Assembly (NCBI GenBank): GCA_019113175.1
Contig: DXHY01000045.1
Coordinates: 361 to 64,360, forward strand
DNA length: 64,000 nucleotides
Reading direction: 5' to 3'
Source: Candidatus Eisenbergiella stercoravium
Lineage (GTDB): Bacteria; Bacillota; Clostridia; Lachnospirales; Lachnospiraceae
Shown here: positions 28,778 to 37,564 of the stretch, one piece after another
Position numbering within the stretch: the first letter of the stretch is position 1
Layout: every line of letters begins with the position of its first letter
Notes under the pieces: generated by a model
Told to the model about the DNA's origin: nothing
Databases searched by the model: none
Seen by the model: the letters and a program-made list of their open reading frames with translations, nothing else
Program-made: the position numbers and the translations under genes

Positions 28778-29710
28778 ATGAGGCTTGTGATTCTGACGGA
28801 AAATACGGTAAATAAGAGAGGGCTTCTGGCGGAGCACGGCCTGTCGGTCCTTGTAGAGGCGGCGGGAAGGCGGATTCTGTTCGATACGGGCCAGAGCGGC
28901 GTATACCTTCATAACGCCGGGCGGCTGAAGGAGGATCTGAACGGACTGGACGGAATCGTGTTAAGCCACGGCCATTACGATCACACCGGAGGACTTCCGG
29001 AGTTTCCGCATGATCAGCTTCCTCCCGTTTTCGTGCGGGAAAAGGCCTTTGAAGAAAAGCTGACCGGCAGCCGGGAGCGGAACGCATACCGGGACATCGG
29101 GATTCCCTGGCTGAAAAAGCGGAGCTGTGAACAGATGAACCCCAAAGGGAAAAAAGGCAGGGAAGCGGACTGCGTGGAGACGGGCAGGAAGGAAGCGGGC
29201 CGTGAAAAAACGGAAAGCGACATTTACAGCCTCCTTCAGGAAAGGGGACTTCTGCGGCTGACCGGCGACCGGGAAGAAATCTTTCCAGGCATCTGGACCC
29301 TCAGCCAGATTCGTGCCCTGGTTCCGGAAGAGCCCCTGCCGGATCAGTTTTTTGTGCGCAGGGCAGACAGGCTGATACAGGATTACATGGAGGATGAGCA
29401 GCTTCTGGTGATCCGCACTCCGGAAGGGCTTGCCGTATTTGCCGGCTGCGCTCATTTGGGAATACTCAACTGCCTGGAGCGGGTGAAGGAAGCGTTCCCG
29501 GATGAGAGACTGTGGCTGCTCCTTGCGGGCATGCATCTGAGGGGCTGCGGAGAAAAGCGTCTGTCCGCCACAGTGGAGGGCCTGCGCAGGTGTGATTTCA
29601 GTTGGATCATACCTCTGCACTGCACTGGCATCGAAGCGATTGCCCGGATACGGGAAACGTTTGGGGAAAAATGTCTTTCCGGAGAGGCGGGAAGGGTGAT
29701 TACGCTGTGA
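28778..29710 (+). CDS. MBL-fold metallo-hydrolase with an internal charged insertion
   Basis: The VLSHGHYDHTGGL metal-binding motif is present. About 45 aa of K/E/R-rich sequence (KKRSCEQMNPKGKKGREADCVETGRKEAGREKTES) interrupt the fold. GGAGGCGGAGAG SD. Confidence 0.7.
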   Translation: MRLVILTENTVNKRGLLAEHGLSVLVEAAGRRILFDTGQSGVYLHNAGRLKEDLNGLDGIVLSHGHYDHTGGLPEFPHDQLPPVFVREKAFEEKLTGSRERNAYRDIGIPWLKKRSCEQMNPKGKKGREADCVETGRKEAGREKTESDIYSLLQERGLLRLTGDREEIFPGIWTLSQIRALVPEEPLPDQFFVRRADRLIQDYMEDEQLLVIRTPEGLAVFAGCAHLGILNCLERVKEAFPDERLWLLLAGMHLRGCGEKRLSATVEGLRRCDFSWIIPLHCTGIEAIARIRETFGEKCLSGEAGRVITL

Positions 29711-29744
29711 GACCTTACGGCTTCCAAATTCCTCAAAAAGTGGG

Positions 29745-29773
29745 TTGACAGACGGAATGTTTTGCGATATGTT
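29745..29773 (+). promoter_or_regulatory. Sigma-A type promoter of the Trp T-box leader
   Basis: TTGACA (29745-29750), a 17-nt spacer, then TATGTT (29768-29773). Confidence 0.55.
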
Positions 29774-29779
29774 ATTTCT

Positions 29780-30078
29780 AACAGAAAACCATAAACCTGT
29801 GAGAAAGAGTAGTAAGCATCAGTGAATATCTCAGAGAGCCGCGGATGGTGGAAATGCGGTATAGGAGCTTTTGCCGAATGGACTTTTGAGGCCGGCCCGA
29901 ATCAAGTAGGCGTCGGCGGGTATCCGGACCCGTTATCAGACCGGCGTGCATAATGGTGCATGCATACGCAGAGTATGACAAGAGTGGACGTGAAGTCAAT
30001 TTGAGTGGTACCGCGATAATAACGAACGTTTATTACCGTCTCAAATCCTGAAGAACAGGGTTTGAGGCGGTTTTTTCG
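29780..30078 (+). promoter_or_regulatory. T-box riboswitch leader, tryptophan specifier (UGG)
   Basis: Elements seen: Stem I GA/AGTA elements (gtGAgaaAGAGtAGTA), AG bulge cAGAGAG, distal loop GGTGGAAA, specifier context GAA-UGG-A (UGG at 29879-29881), F-box CCGTTA, T-box sequence TGAGTGGTACCGCG (30002-30015), and a terminator at 30036-30076 with a U-tract. Confidence 0.85.
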
Positions 30079-30097
30079 TTGATAAGGTCTGGTTCAA

Positions 30098-30213
30098 CGC
30101 CGCCTGTCGGCGGAAGAAAGGATGAGGCGCACGAACCTTGTTCGTGCCGAAGAACGGCCGGCGCCGTTCTTCCATGATTAAAATGCCGCCTGTTGGCGGC
30201 AGAAAGGAAGAGG
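30098..30213 (+). repeat. Direct repeat of a hairpin+SD unit (30 nt, 26/30 identical) flanking a 56-nt two-hairpin core
   Basis: Copy 1 is cgccgcctgtcggcggaagaaaggatgagg (30098-30127). Copy 2 is tgccgcctgttggcggcagaaaggaagagg (30184-30213). The core carries the hairpins gcacgaac-cttg-gttcgtgc and gaagaacgg-ccggcg-ccgttcttc. Confidence 0.8.
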
Positions 30214-30219
30214 AAAAAC

Positions 30220-31608
30220 ATGGCAGCAAACAAAGAAATTCCCTACAAAATTTATCTGGAAGAGAGCGAGATGCCCAGGCAGTGGTACAATGTGAGGGCG
30301 GATATGAAAAATAAGCCCGCGCCCCTTCTGAACCCGGAAACCTTAAAGCCCATGACCTTTGATGAGCTGCGCCCCGTGTTCTGCGATGAACTGGTGAAGC
30401 AGGAGCTGGACGATACGGACGCTTATATCGATATTCCGGAGGAAATTCAGAAATTCTACAAAATGTACCGTCCCTCTCCGCTGGTCAGAGCGTACTGCCT
30501 GGAGGAAAAGCTTCAGACTCCGGCCAAAATCTACTATAAATTTGAAGGCAATAACACCAGCGGAAGCCACAAGCTCAATTCCGCCATCGCCCAGGCCTAT
30601 TACGCGAAGCAGCAGAGGCTGAAGGGCGTGACCACGGAAACCGGAGCCGGCCAGTGGGGAACCGCGCTGTCCATGGCCTGTTCCTATTTCGGACTGGACT
30701 GTCAGGTATATATGGTAAAGGTTTCCTATGAGCAGAAGCCTTTCCGCCGCGAGGTGATGCGTACCTACGGTGCAAAGGTAACTCCTTCCCCTTCTGATAC
30801 CACGGCAGTAGGAAGAAAAATTCTTGCAGAGCATCCCGGAACCGGCGGAAGCCTGGGCTGCGCCATCTCCGAAGCCGTAGAAGCGGCCACCAGCCAGGAG
30901 GGCTATCGTTACGTGCTGGGCAGCGTGCTTTCTCAGGTGCTGCTGCATCAGACTGTGATCGGCCTGGAAACCAAGACCGCCATGGACAAATACGGCATCG
31001 TTCCCGACATGATCATCGGATGCGCGGGCGGCGGTTCCAACCTGGGTGGACTGATTTCTCCGTTCGTTGGTGAGATGCTCAGAGGAGAAAGAAATTATGA
31101 CATCATCGCGGTGGAGCCTGCCTCCTGCCCGAGCCTGACCCGTGGTAAATTCGTTTATGATTTCTGCGATACCGGCCATGTATGTCCTCTGGCAAAGATG
31201 TACACGCTGGGCAGTGAGTTCATTCCTTCGCCCAACCATGCGGGAGGCCTGCGCTATCACGGCATGAGCTCCATCCTTTCTCAGCTGTATCATGACGGCT
31301 ACATGACCGCCCGCAGTGTGGAGCAGACCGCGGTGTTTGAGGCCGCCGAGCAGTTCGCCAGAGTGGAAGGTATCCTGCCCGCTCCGGAGAGCAGCCATGC
31401 GATCCGCGTCGCCATCGACGAAGCGCTCAAGTGTAAGGAGACCGGTGAGGAGAAGACGATTCTGTTCGGCCTGACCGGCACCGGTTACTTTGATATGGTG
31501 GCTTATGAAAAGTACAATAACGGCCAGATGACCGATTATATCCCTACCGATGCGGATCTTCAGGCAGGCTTTGACAGGATTCCGAAATTTCCGGGAAATG
31601 AGATCTGA
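30220..31608 (+). CDS. TrpB-like PLP-dependent enzyme (tryptophan synthase beta, TrpB2 type)
   Basis: 462 aa. N-terminus IPYKIYLEESEMPRQWYNVRADM, the PLP-lysine context GSHKLNSA, and GGGSN are present. The gene sits directly behind the Trp T-box. Confidence 0.85.
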   Translation: MAANKEIPYKIYLEESEMPRQWYNVRADMKNKPAPLLNPETLKPMTFDELRPVFCDELVKQELDDTDAYIDIPEEIQKFYKMYRPSPLVRAYCLEEKLQTPAKIYYKFEGNNTSGSHKLNSAIAQAYYAKQQRLKGVTTETGAGQWGTALSMACSYFGLDCQVYMVKVSYEQKPFRREVMRTYGAKVTPSPSDTTAVGRKILAEHPGTGGSLGCAISEAVEAATSQEGYRYVLGSVLSQVLLHQTVIGLETKTAMDKYGIVPDMIIGCAGGGSNLGGLISPFVGEMLRGERNYDIIAVEPASCPSLTRGKFVYDFCDTGHVCPLAKMYTLGSEFIPSPNHAGGLRYHGMSSILSQLYHDGYMTARSVEQTAVFEAAEQFARVEGILPAPESSHAIRVAIDEALKCKETGEEKTILFGLTGTGYFDMVAYEKYNNGQMTDYIPTDADLQAGFDRIPKFPGNEI

Positions 31609-31914
31609 ACCAAAAGCCGGATTCTGAAAAGGAAAAACAGCCGCTTTGGATGGAAAGCCGCATGAAGCAAAGCCGGATAAAACGGCTGAAAAATGAAAAC
31701 AGACAGGGAAACAGACAGCCCGGCCGGCTGATGTGCAGCGGCGGGGCTGTCTGTTTCCCTGACCTGGTAAGCCCTGAGAACGATTCCATGATTCCTTCAC
31801 AATGCGGCATCCGGAAAGGATGGAAGAAAGCCACAGGCTTTCGCCCGGGGAATTGGCTCTCAGGCCGGTTCCACTGATAGAAATGCCGCATTTGGCGGCG
31901 GAAAAGAGGCAGAA

Positions 31915-33030
31915 ATGAATCTGAGAAAATATCGTCCGCAGGACTGCGCGGAAATGGCACGGCTTTTTTACGATACCGTCCACACGGTCAACGCGGCGGA
32001 TTATACGAAGGAACAGCTTGACGCCTGGGCGGACGGCCGGGTGGATCTGGAAAAATGGAACGCCTCGTTTCTGAAGCATGATACGCTGGTGGCCGTAGAG
32101 GGGGATACCATCGTGGGCTTCGGAGATATGGACGATACCGGCTATCTGGACCGATTGTATGTACATAAGGATTACCAGAAAAAAGGAATTGCAGCCGCCA
32201 TCTGTGACCGGCTGGAGCGGGATGCCCGAAAGCGCGCTGCCTTCCGGCAGGAAACGGACGGAAACGCGCGGCAGACGGAAGCGGAGCGCGCCAGGCTTAC
32301 CTTTACCACCCACGCTTCCATTACTGCCCGTCCCTTTTTTGAGAAGAGGGGATACGTGGTGAAGAAGGAGCAGCAGGTGGAACGCAGGGCAAACAGCAGT
32401 GCGGTTTGCCCCGGAATTCTGCTCACAAACTTTGTGATGGAGCGTGAGGAAACCCTTGAGCTTTTTCGCCTGAGCGGAGAAAGGAAGACGGAGCTGGAGG
32501 CATGCGGACGCATCCTGATGGAAAGCTTTGCTCATGCCTGGAACACGAAGGAGGAGGCGGCGAAAACCCTTCAGGAGACGCTGGAATCAGGAATTCTGAT
32601 CGCCATTCGCAGAAATGGTGTGGTGGCAGGCTTCGCGGGAGTTCATCCGGAATATTCCTTCGGCTGGGAGCTGCACCCTCTGGCCGTTGCGGCCGGAGCG
32701 CGTAAGATGGGGCTGGGAAGCCTGCTCACCGCCCGGATCGAAAGGGAGGCTGCAAAAGCCGGAGCGCTGGTGATATATCTTGGAACGGACGATGAAGATG
32801 GGGCCACCAGCCTTTCGGAAGGGGATCTGTTCGAGAACACTCTGGAAAAAATTGGAGAAATCCAAAACTACAGCGGACATCCTTATGAATTTTATCAGAA
32901 ATGCGGTTATCGGATCGTGGGCGTGCTGCCGGATGTGAATGGTCCCGGAAAACCGGACATTTTCATGGCGAAGCGGCTGACGGCCGCGGCGCGGGGGATG
33001 GCCGCAGCACAGGGAACGGAGGAAGAGTGA
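31915..33030 (+). CDS. Two-domain GNAT N-acetyltransferase (C-terminal domain AAC(6')-like)
   Basis: The N-domain has LYVHKDYQKKGIAAAICDRLE. The C-domain ends YEFYQKCGYRIVGVLPDVNGPGKPDIFMAKRL, resembling AAC(6')-I-type termini. Confidence 0.65.
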   Translation: MNLRKYRPQDCAEMARLFYDTVHTVNAADYTKEQLDAWADGRVDLEKWNASFLKHDTLVAVEGDTIVGFGDMDDTGYLDRLYVHKDYQKKGIAAAICDRLERDARKRAAFRQETDGNARQTEAERARLTFTTHASITARPFFEKRGYVVKKEQQVERRANSSAVCPGILLTNFVMEREETLELFRLSGERKTELEACGRILMESFAHAWNTKEEAAKTLQETLESGILIAIRRNGVVAGFAGVHPEYSFGWELHPLAVAAGARKMGLGSLLTARIEREAAKAGALVIYLGTDDEDGATSLSEGDLFENTLEKIGEIQNYSGHPYEFYQKCGYRIVGVLPDVNGPGKPDIFMAKRLTAAARGMAAAQGTEEE

Positions 33031-33051
33031 CGCTTCGGCAGGGAGGAAAAA

Positions 33052-34095
33052 ATGAAAGCAGTGGTATATGAAGGAAACGGAAAACTGGCGCTGGAAGAAA
33101 GACCTGTTCCAAAGCTGCAGGAGACGACGGACGCCATCATCCGGGTGACGCTGACCACCATATGCTCCAGCGATATCCACATCAAACACGGCGCGGTTCC
33201 AAAGGCAGTGCCGGGAACCATTCTGGGTCATGAGTTTGTCGGCGTGGTGGAAGAGACCGGAGGTGCGGTCCGCCGTTTTAAAAAGGGAGACCGGGTTGCG
33301 GTGAATGTGGAAACCTTTTGTGGAGAATGTTTTTTCTGCAGAAGGGGGTATGTGAATAACTGTACCGATCCCCATGGCGGATGGGCGATGGGCTGCAGGA
33401 TTGACGGAGGACAGGCGGAATACGTGCGTGTACCCTTTGCGGACAACGGTCTGACCGCGATTCCGGATGGGGTATCGGACGAGGCGGCTCTGTTTACGGG
33501 AGATCTGCTCTCCACCGGTTACTGGGGCGCATCCATTGCGGAAATCCGGCCGGGAGATACGGCTGCGGTGATCGGTGCCGGTCCGACAGGCCTGTGCTGC
33601 ATGATGTGCGCCAGACTGTATCGTCCCGCGCGCATTATTGCCATCGATGTGGATGACAGCCGGCTGGGGCTCGCCGCAGGACAGAACCTGGCGGATGTGA
33701 CGCTCAATCCCCTGCGGGATGATGTGGAAAAGGAGATTCGCCGCCTGACGGAAGGACGGGGAGCGGATGCCGTTCTGGAAGCCGCGGGCGGAAGGGATAC
33801 CTTCCAGATGGCCTGGAGGATCGCCCGGCCCAATGCGGTGGCCGCCATCATCGCCATGTATGAAGAACCGCAGACTCTGCCCCTTCCGGACATGTATGGA
33901 AAGAACCTGATCTTTAAAACTGGCGGCGTGGACGCCGCAAACTGCGGCAGGATCATGGAACTGATCGCGCAGGGAAAGCTGGATGCGCGCTGCCTGATCA
34001 CCCACAGAACCACTCTGGATCGTATCATGGAGGCCTATGATGTGTTTGAACATAAGAAGGATCATGTGATTAAGATCGCAGTGAAGGTGAGCTGA
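33052..34095 (+). CDS. Zinc-dependent alcohol dehydrogenase family protein
   Basis: GHEFVGVVEETG, the structural Zn cysteines FCGECFFCRRG, and the Rossmann motif VIGAGPTGL. Confidence 0.85.
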   Translation: MKAVVYEGNGKLALEERPVPKLQETTDAIIRVTLTTICSSDIHIKHGAVPKAVPGTILGHEFVGVVEETGGAVRRFKKGDRVAVNVETFCGECFFCRRGYVNNCTDPHGGWAMGCRIDGGQAEYVRVPFADNGLTAIPDGVSDEAALFTGDLLSTGYWGASIAEIRPGDTAAVIGAGPTGLCCMMCARLYRPARIIAIDVDDSRLGLAAGQNLADVTLNPLRDDVEKEIRRLTEGRGADAVLEAAGGRDTFQMAWRIARPNAVAAIIAMYEEPQTLPLPDMYGKNLIFKTGGVDAANCGRIMELIAQGKLDARCLITHRTTLDRIMEAYDVFEHKKDHVIKIAVKVS

Positions 34096-36706
34096 GGAAT
34101 GCTGCATCTGTTTCAGCCGCCTTTCTCAGGCAGTCCGCAGTAACTCCCGTTCCCCGCTCCAGAAGCTCCTGCGGCGTGCCGGAAAAGACTACCCTGCCGC
34201 CCTGTTCGCCGCCTCCTGGCCCCAGATCCAGGACATAGTCGGCGGCGAGGATGAGCAGCTGGTTGTGTTCCACCACAATGACCGTGTTCCCGGCGTCCAC
34301 CAGCCGGTTCAACAGGTTGAGAAAATGCTCCACATCCAGAGGATGCAGCCCTCTGGTGGGCTCGTCCAGCAGATACAGGCTGTGCCCGGAGGGGGCCTTC
34401 AGAAGCTCCCTCGCCAGCTTCAGACGCTGGCATTCTCCTTCCGAAAGCGTGGTAAGGGACTGGCCCAGCGTGAGATAATCCAGCCCTACGTCCTCAAGCA
34501 GGTGGAGAATGCGTATAACGGAGTGGATCAAAGAGGCTTTCGAATGCGGAGCGGAAGCATCAGGCACGGAGGCTTCAGGTGCGGAAACTTCAGGCGCGGA
34601 AGCTTCAAACACGGAAAGCGCCTCGGCCACGGACAGATCCAGCACATCCGAGATGGAAAGGCCCAGAAAACGGACGGCGAGGACATGATCCTGAAAACGC
34701 CTGCCCTGACAGACAGGACAGGTCACCTCGCTGTCAGCAAAGAAAACGAGATGATTGCGCACAGTGCCCATCCCTTCGCAGGTTTCGCATCTGCCGCCGG
34801 GCCTGTTGAAAGAAAAGGCTGCGGCGTCGATCCGGGGAAGATTGATTCGGGAAGAAGCAGAGCCTCCGGCTCCGTTTCCGGAGGAAACCTCCCCATATTC
34901 CGCAAACAGTTTCCGTATCGGGGCGTACAGATCTGTGTAGGTGGCCACGTTGGAACGCTTCATGCGGTGGGCGGAAGCCTGTCTGACGGAAATAATGCGG
35001 GAAAACGCTTCAAGGCCCTTCACGATATTTTTTTCGCCGCTTCGATGACTGTCTTCGGCCAGAACGGAGAAAACCAGTGTGGATTTTCCTGAACCGGAGG
35101 GGCCGGTGACTACGTTCAGACAGCCGGTGGGAAAGGCTGCGTTCAGATTTTTCAGGTTGTGGAGGCAGGCCTCCCGGATCTGAATCCGTCCGCCGTCTCC
35201 GCTGCGGAAGGCCGTCTTTATCGGATGGGAGGTGCGCAGATATCTGCCGGTGATGGAAACCGGATGAGAAAGCAGCTCATTCAGTGTTCCTGCGGCGACT
35301 ACTTCTCCGCCGAAACGGCCGGAGCCGGGCCCCATGTCCACGATGTGATCGGCGGCGCGCATCACATCCGGGTCGTGCTCGATGACCAGAACCGTATTCC
35401 CCAGATCGCGCAGGCGGCGAAGAAGGGATATCAGCCCCTCTGTATCCTCCGGATGCAGTCCTGTTGTGGGCTCATCCAGAATATAGATCATGCCGGTCAG
35501 CTCCGAAGCCAGGACTGCGGAAAGCTTCAGCCGCTGCAGCTCTCCGCCGGACAGGCTGGGAACTGCCCGGCTGCAGGTCAGGTATCCAAGTCCAAGCCTG
35601 CGGATGCGCTCCAGCTTTGCAGAAAGATCCGTAAGGTAGTCCTGCACCAGCTTTCTGTGAGAAGCGGGAAGGGAGGCTTCCAGCCCGCTGATCCGCTCCG
35701 CAAGCTCATCCAGAGATAATCCGTTGAGCTGAGGCAGTCTGGCTCCGTTTATCGTAACCTCCCTGCTTTCCCGTTTCAGGCGTTCCCCGCCGCAGGCCGG
35801 GCAGGGAGAGGAATGAAAATAAGCTTCCAGCTCATTCTTTTTTTTACTCCGGTTGTTCAGCCTGCGCAGAAGAACAGCTTCCAGCCCTTCAAACCGGCCT
35901 GCTGCTACAGTCTTTGGAGGCTTTTTTCCCGGAAAAGCCTGAATGAGTTCCGGGCTGGAAATACCATCGTACAGAAGGGCTTTCTGCAAAGGATCAAATT
36001 GAGAAACAGGAAGGCCGGACGGAACGGAAAGCCCGTAATACCGACAGGCCGCATAGAAGGCTTCGGTCTGGTATTCCCCGTATTTTGCCTCCCAGAAGCG
36101 GACGGCACCTTCTTCAAGGGAACGGGCTTCATCCACTGCTGCAGCCCGGTTGAGAGATCGAACCTCCCCCATCCCCCCGCAGACCGGACAGGCTCCTTCC
36201 TTCGTATTAAAGGAAAAGTCGGTGGCTGTGAGCTTTTTCATTTTCTGCCCGCACTCCCGGCAATACTGGTAAACCGTAAATTCCTTTCCTGCGTGGCCGG
36301 GGAGGAAAGCGGAAACCACCTCTTCCCTGCAGTCCGCAGCAGAAATCGCTTTTCCGCAGTGGGGGCAGGCCCGCACGCCCAGTTTTTCATAGAGCATCCG
36401 CAGTCCGGTATAGAGATCCGTCATCGTGCCCACTGTGGAACGGGGGCTGCGGTTCTGGTCAGTCTGGGTGATCACGACGGCGGGGGAAGCGTTTTTCACG
36501 CGCTCCACCGCAGGCTTTGCGATTCCCTGGAAGGACATGGCCTCCAGATACTGCCGCTGGCATTCCATATACAGGACGTCGATTAAGAGCGTGGATTTCC
36601 CCGAGCCGGACAGCCCGGTAAATACGGTCAGGCTGTTTCGGGGGATATCCAGTGAGATATGCTTCAGATTCTTCTCAGAAGCGTTTACGATGGAGATGGG
36701 TTTCAT
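34070..36706 (-). CDS. UvrA-like ABC ATPase (UvrA paralog)
   Basis: 878 aa. GLSGSGKSTL and GPSGSGKST Walker A motifs, two LSGGE signatures, and CxxC zinc modules. It is shorter than canonical UvrA. Its 3' end overlaps the convergent ADH gene by 26 nt. Confidence 0.8.
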   Translation of the reverse strand: MKPISIVNASEKNLKHISLDIPRNSLTVFTGLSGSGKSTLLIDVLYMECQRQYLEAMSFQGIAKPAVERVKNASPAVVITQTDQNRSPRSTVGTMTDLYTGLRMLYEKLGVRACPHCGKAISAADCREEVVSAFLPGHAGKEFTVYQYCRECGQKMKKLTATDFSFNTKEGACPVCGGMGEVRSLNRAAAVDEARSLEEGAVRFWEAKYGEYQTEAFYAACRYYGLSVPSGLPVSQFDPLQKALLYDGISSPELIQAFPGKKPPKTVAAGRFEGLEAVLLRRLNNRSKKKNELEAYFHSSPCPACGGERLKRESREVTINGARLPQLNGLSLDELAERISGLEASLPASHRKLVQDYLTDLSAKLERIRRLGLGYLTCSRAVPSLSGGELQRLKLSAVLASELTGMIYILDEPTTGLHPEDTEGLISLLRRLRDLGNTVLVIEHDPDVMRAADHIVDMGPGSGRFGGEVVAAGTLNELLSHPVSITGRYLRTSHPIKTAFRSGDGGRIQIREACLHNLKNLNAAFPTGCLNVVTGPSGSGKSTLVFSVLAEDSHRSGEKNIVKGLEAFSRIISVRQASAHRMKRSNVATYTDLYAPIRKLFAEYGEVSSGNGAGGSASSRINLPRIDAAAFSFNRPGGRCETCEGMGTVRNHLVFFADSEVTCPVCQGRRFQDHVLAVRFLGLSISDVLDLSVAEALSVFEASAPEVSAPEASVPDASAPHSKASLIHSVIRILHLLEDVGLDYLTLGQSLTTLSEGECQRLKLARELLKAPSGHSLYLLDEPTRGLHPLDVEHFLNLLNRLVDAGNTVIVVEHNQLLILAADYVLDLGPGGGEQGGRVVFSGTPQELLERGTGVTADCLRKAAETDAAFLSSPSLRS
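34553..34612. repeat. 15-nt tandem repeat x4 inside the UvrA-like gene
   Basis: Units are ggaagcatcaggcac / ggaggcttcaggtgc / ggaaacttcaggcgc / ggaagcttcaaacac. They are in frame and encode EASAP-EVSAP-EASVP-DASAP on the minus strand. Confidence 0.8.
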
Positions 36707-36925
36707 GGATGGCTCCTTTGGGCGTATTTTGATTATGAAGATTATACCAGATTACAGGAGTGGGTTCCAGAGAGATATCGCTGATACCGGTGACATGATA
36801 AAAGGCAAAAGAAATTGTAGATTCATGGATTCTGTGCTACAATCGTGACAGAAAAAGACCGGAATCGGGGAAAAGGAAAGTACGGAGCGCGTTCATCAGC
36901 GCAATGCTCCGACATGGAGGAAAAA

Positions 36926-37402
36926 ATGGACGGACATGATATGATCGTAAACCTGAAGAACATTGAGTATCATCCACCGGAGGATCCGGGCCTGAAGATC
37001 AAGCGGGCCTTTGCCGGAGACAAGGAGATCATTCTCAGGTTTGTACGGGAAAATTTCAGCGAGAGCTGGGCGGGGGAAGCGGAGTGCGCCATTCTGCAGG
37101 CACCTTCTCAGTGCTTTATTGCAACGGAGCAGGGAAAGGTTCTGGGCTTCGCCTGCTTTGACGTGTCGGCAAAGGGCTTTTTCGGGCCCATTGGCGTGCT
37201 GGAGAGCGAGAGAGGAAGGCAGATCGGGAAATATCTGCTTTTAAAGACGCTTGACGCGATGCGCTCCGCCGGCTATGGCTATGCCATCATCGGCTGGGTG
37301 GGAGATGCGGAGGGCTTCTATCGGAAGACCGTGCATGCGGAGGTGATTCCGGACTCTTCTCCGGAAAACAGCGTCTACGCCAATCTGGTGCGGATGCCGT
37401 AG
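36926..37402 (+). CDS. GNAT family N-acetyltransferase
   Basis: ERGRQIGKYLL acetyl-CoA motif. ATG 36926 lies 5 nt after ATGGAGG. An in-frame ATG at 36914 is inside the SD. Confidence 0.7.
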   Translation: MDGHDMIVNLKNIEYHPPEDPGLKIKRAFAGDKEIILRFVRENFSESWAGEAECAILQAPSQCFIATEQGKVLGFACFDVSAKGFFGPIGVLESERGRQIGKYLLLKTLDAMRSAGYGYAIIGWVGDAEGFYRKTVHAEVIPDSSPENSVYANLVRMP

Positions 37403-37435
37403 AAGAATGGTGTTTCAGCAGGAAGAAAGAAAAAA

Positions 37436-37484
37436 GATACCGCCGCGCCGGCAGATAAACAGCCGGTACGGCGGTATAATTTTG
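37436..37484. terminator. Bidirectional terminator between GNAT and the P-type ATPase
   Basis: A 9-bp outer stem, ataccgccg / cggcggtat, has a nested ccggc/gccgg. An A-run lies upstream and TTTT downstream. Confidence 0.6.
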
Positions 37485-37564
37485 CGCGATAAGCCCGGCA
37501 AGCGGCCGTCATGCTTGCATGATCGGCCATTTGCCGGGCAAGTACAGCGAGCGGCATTTATGCC

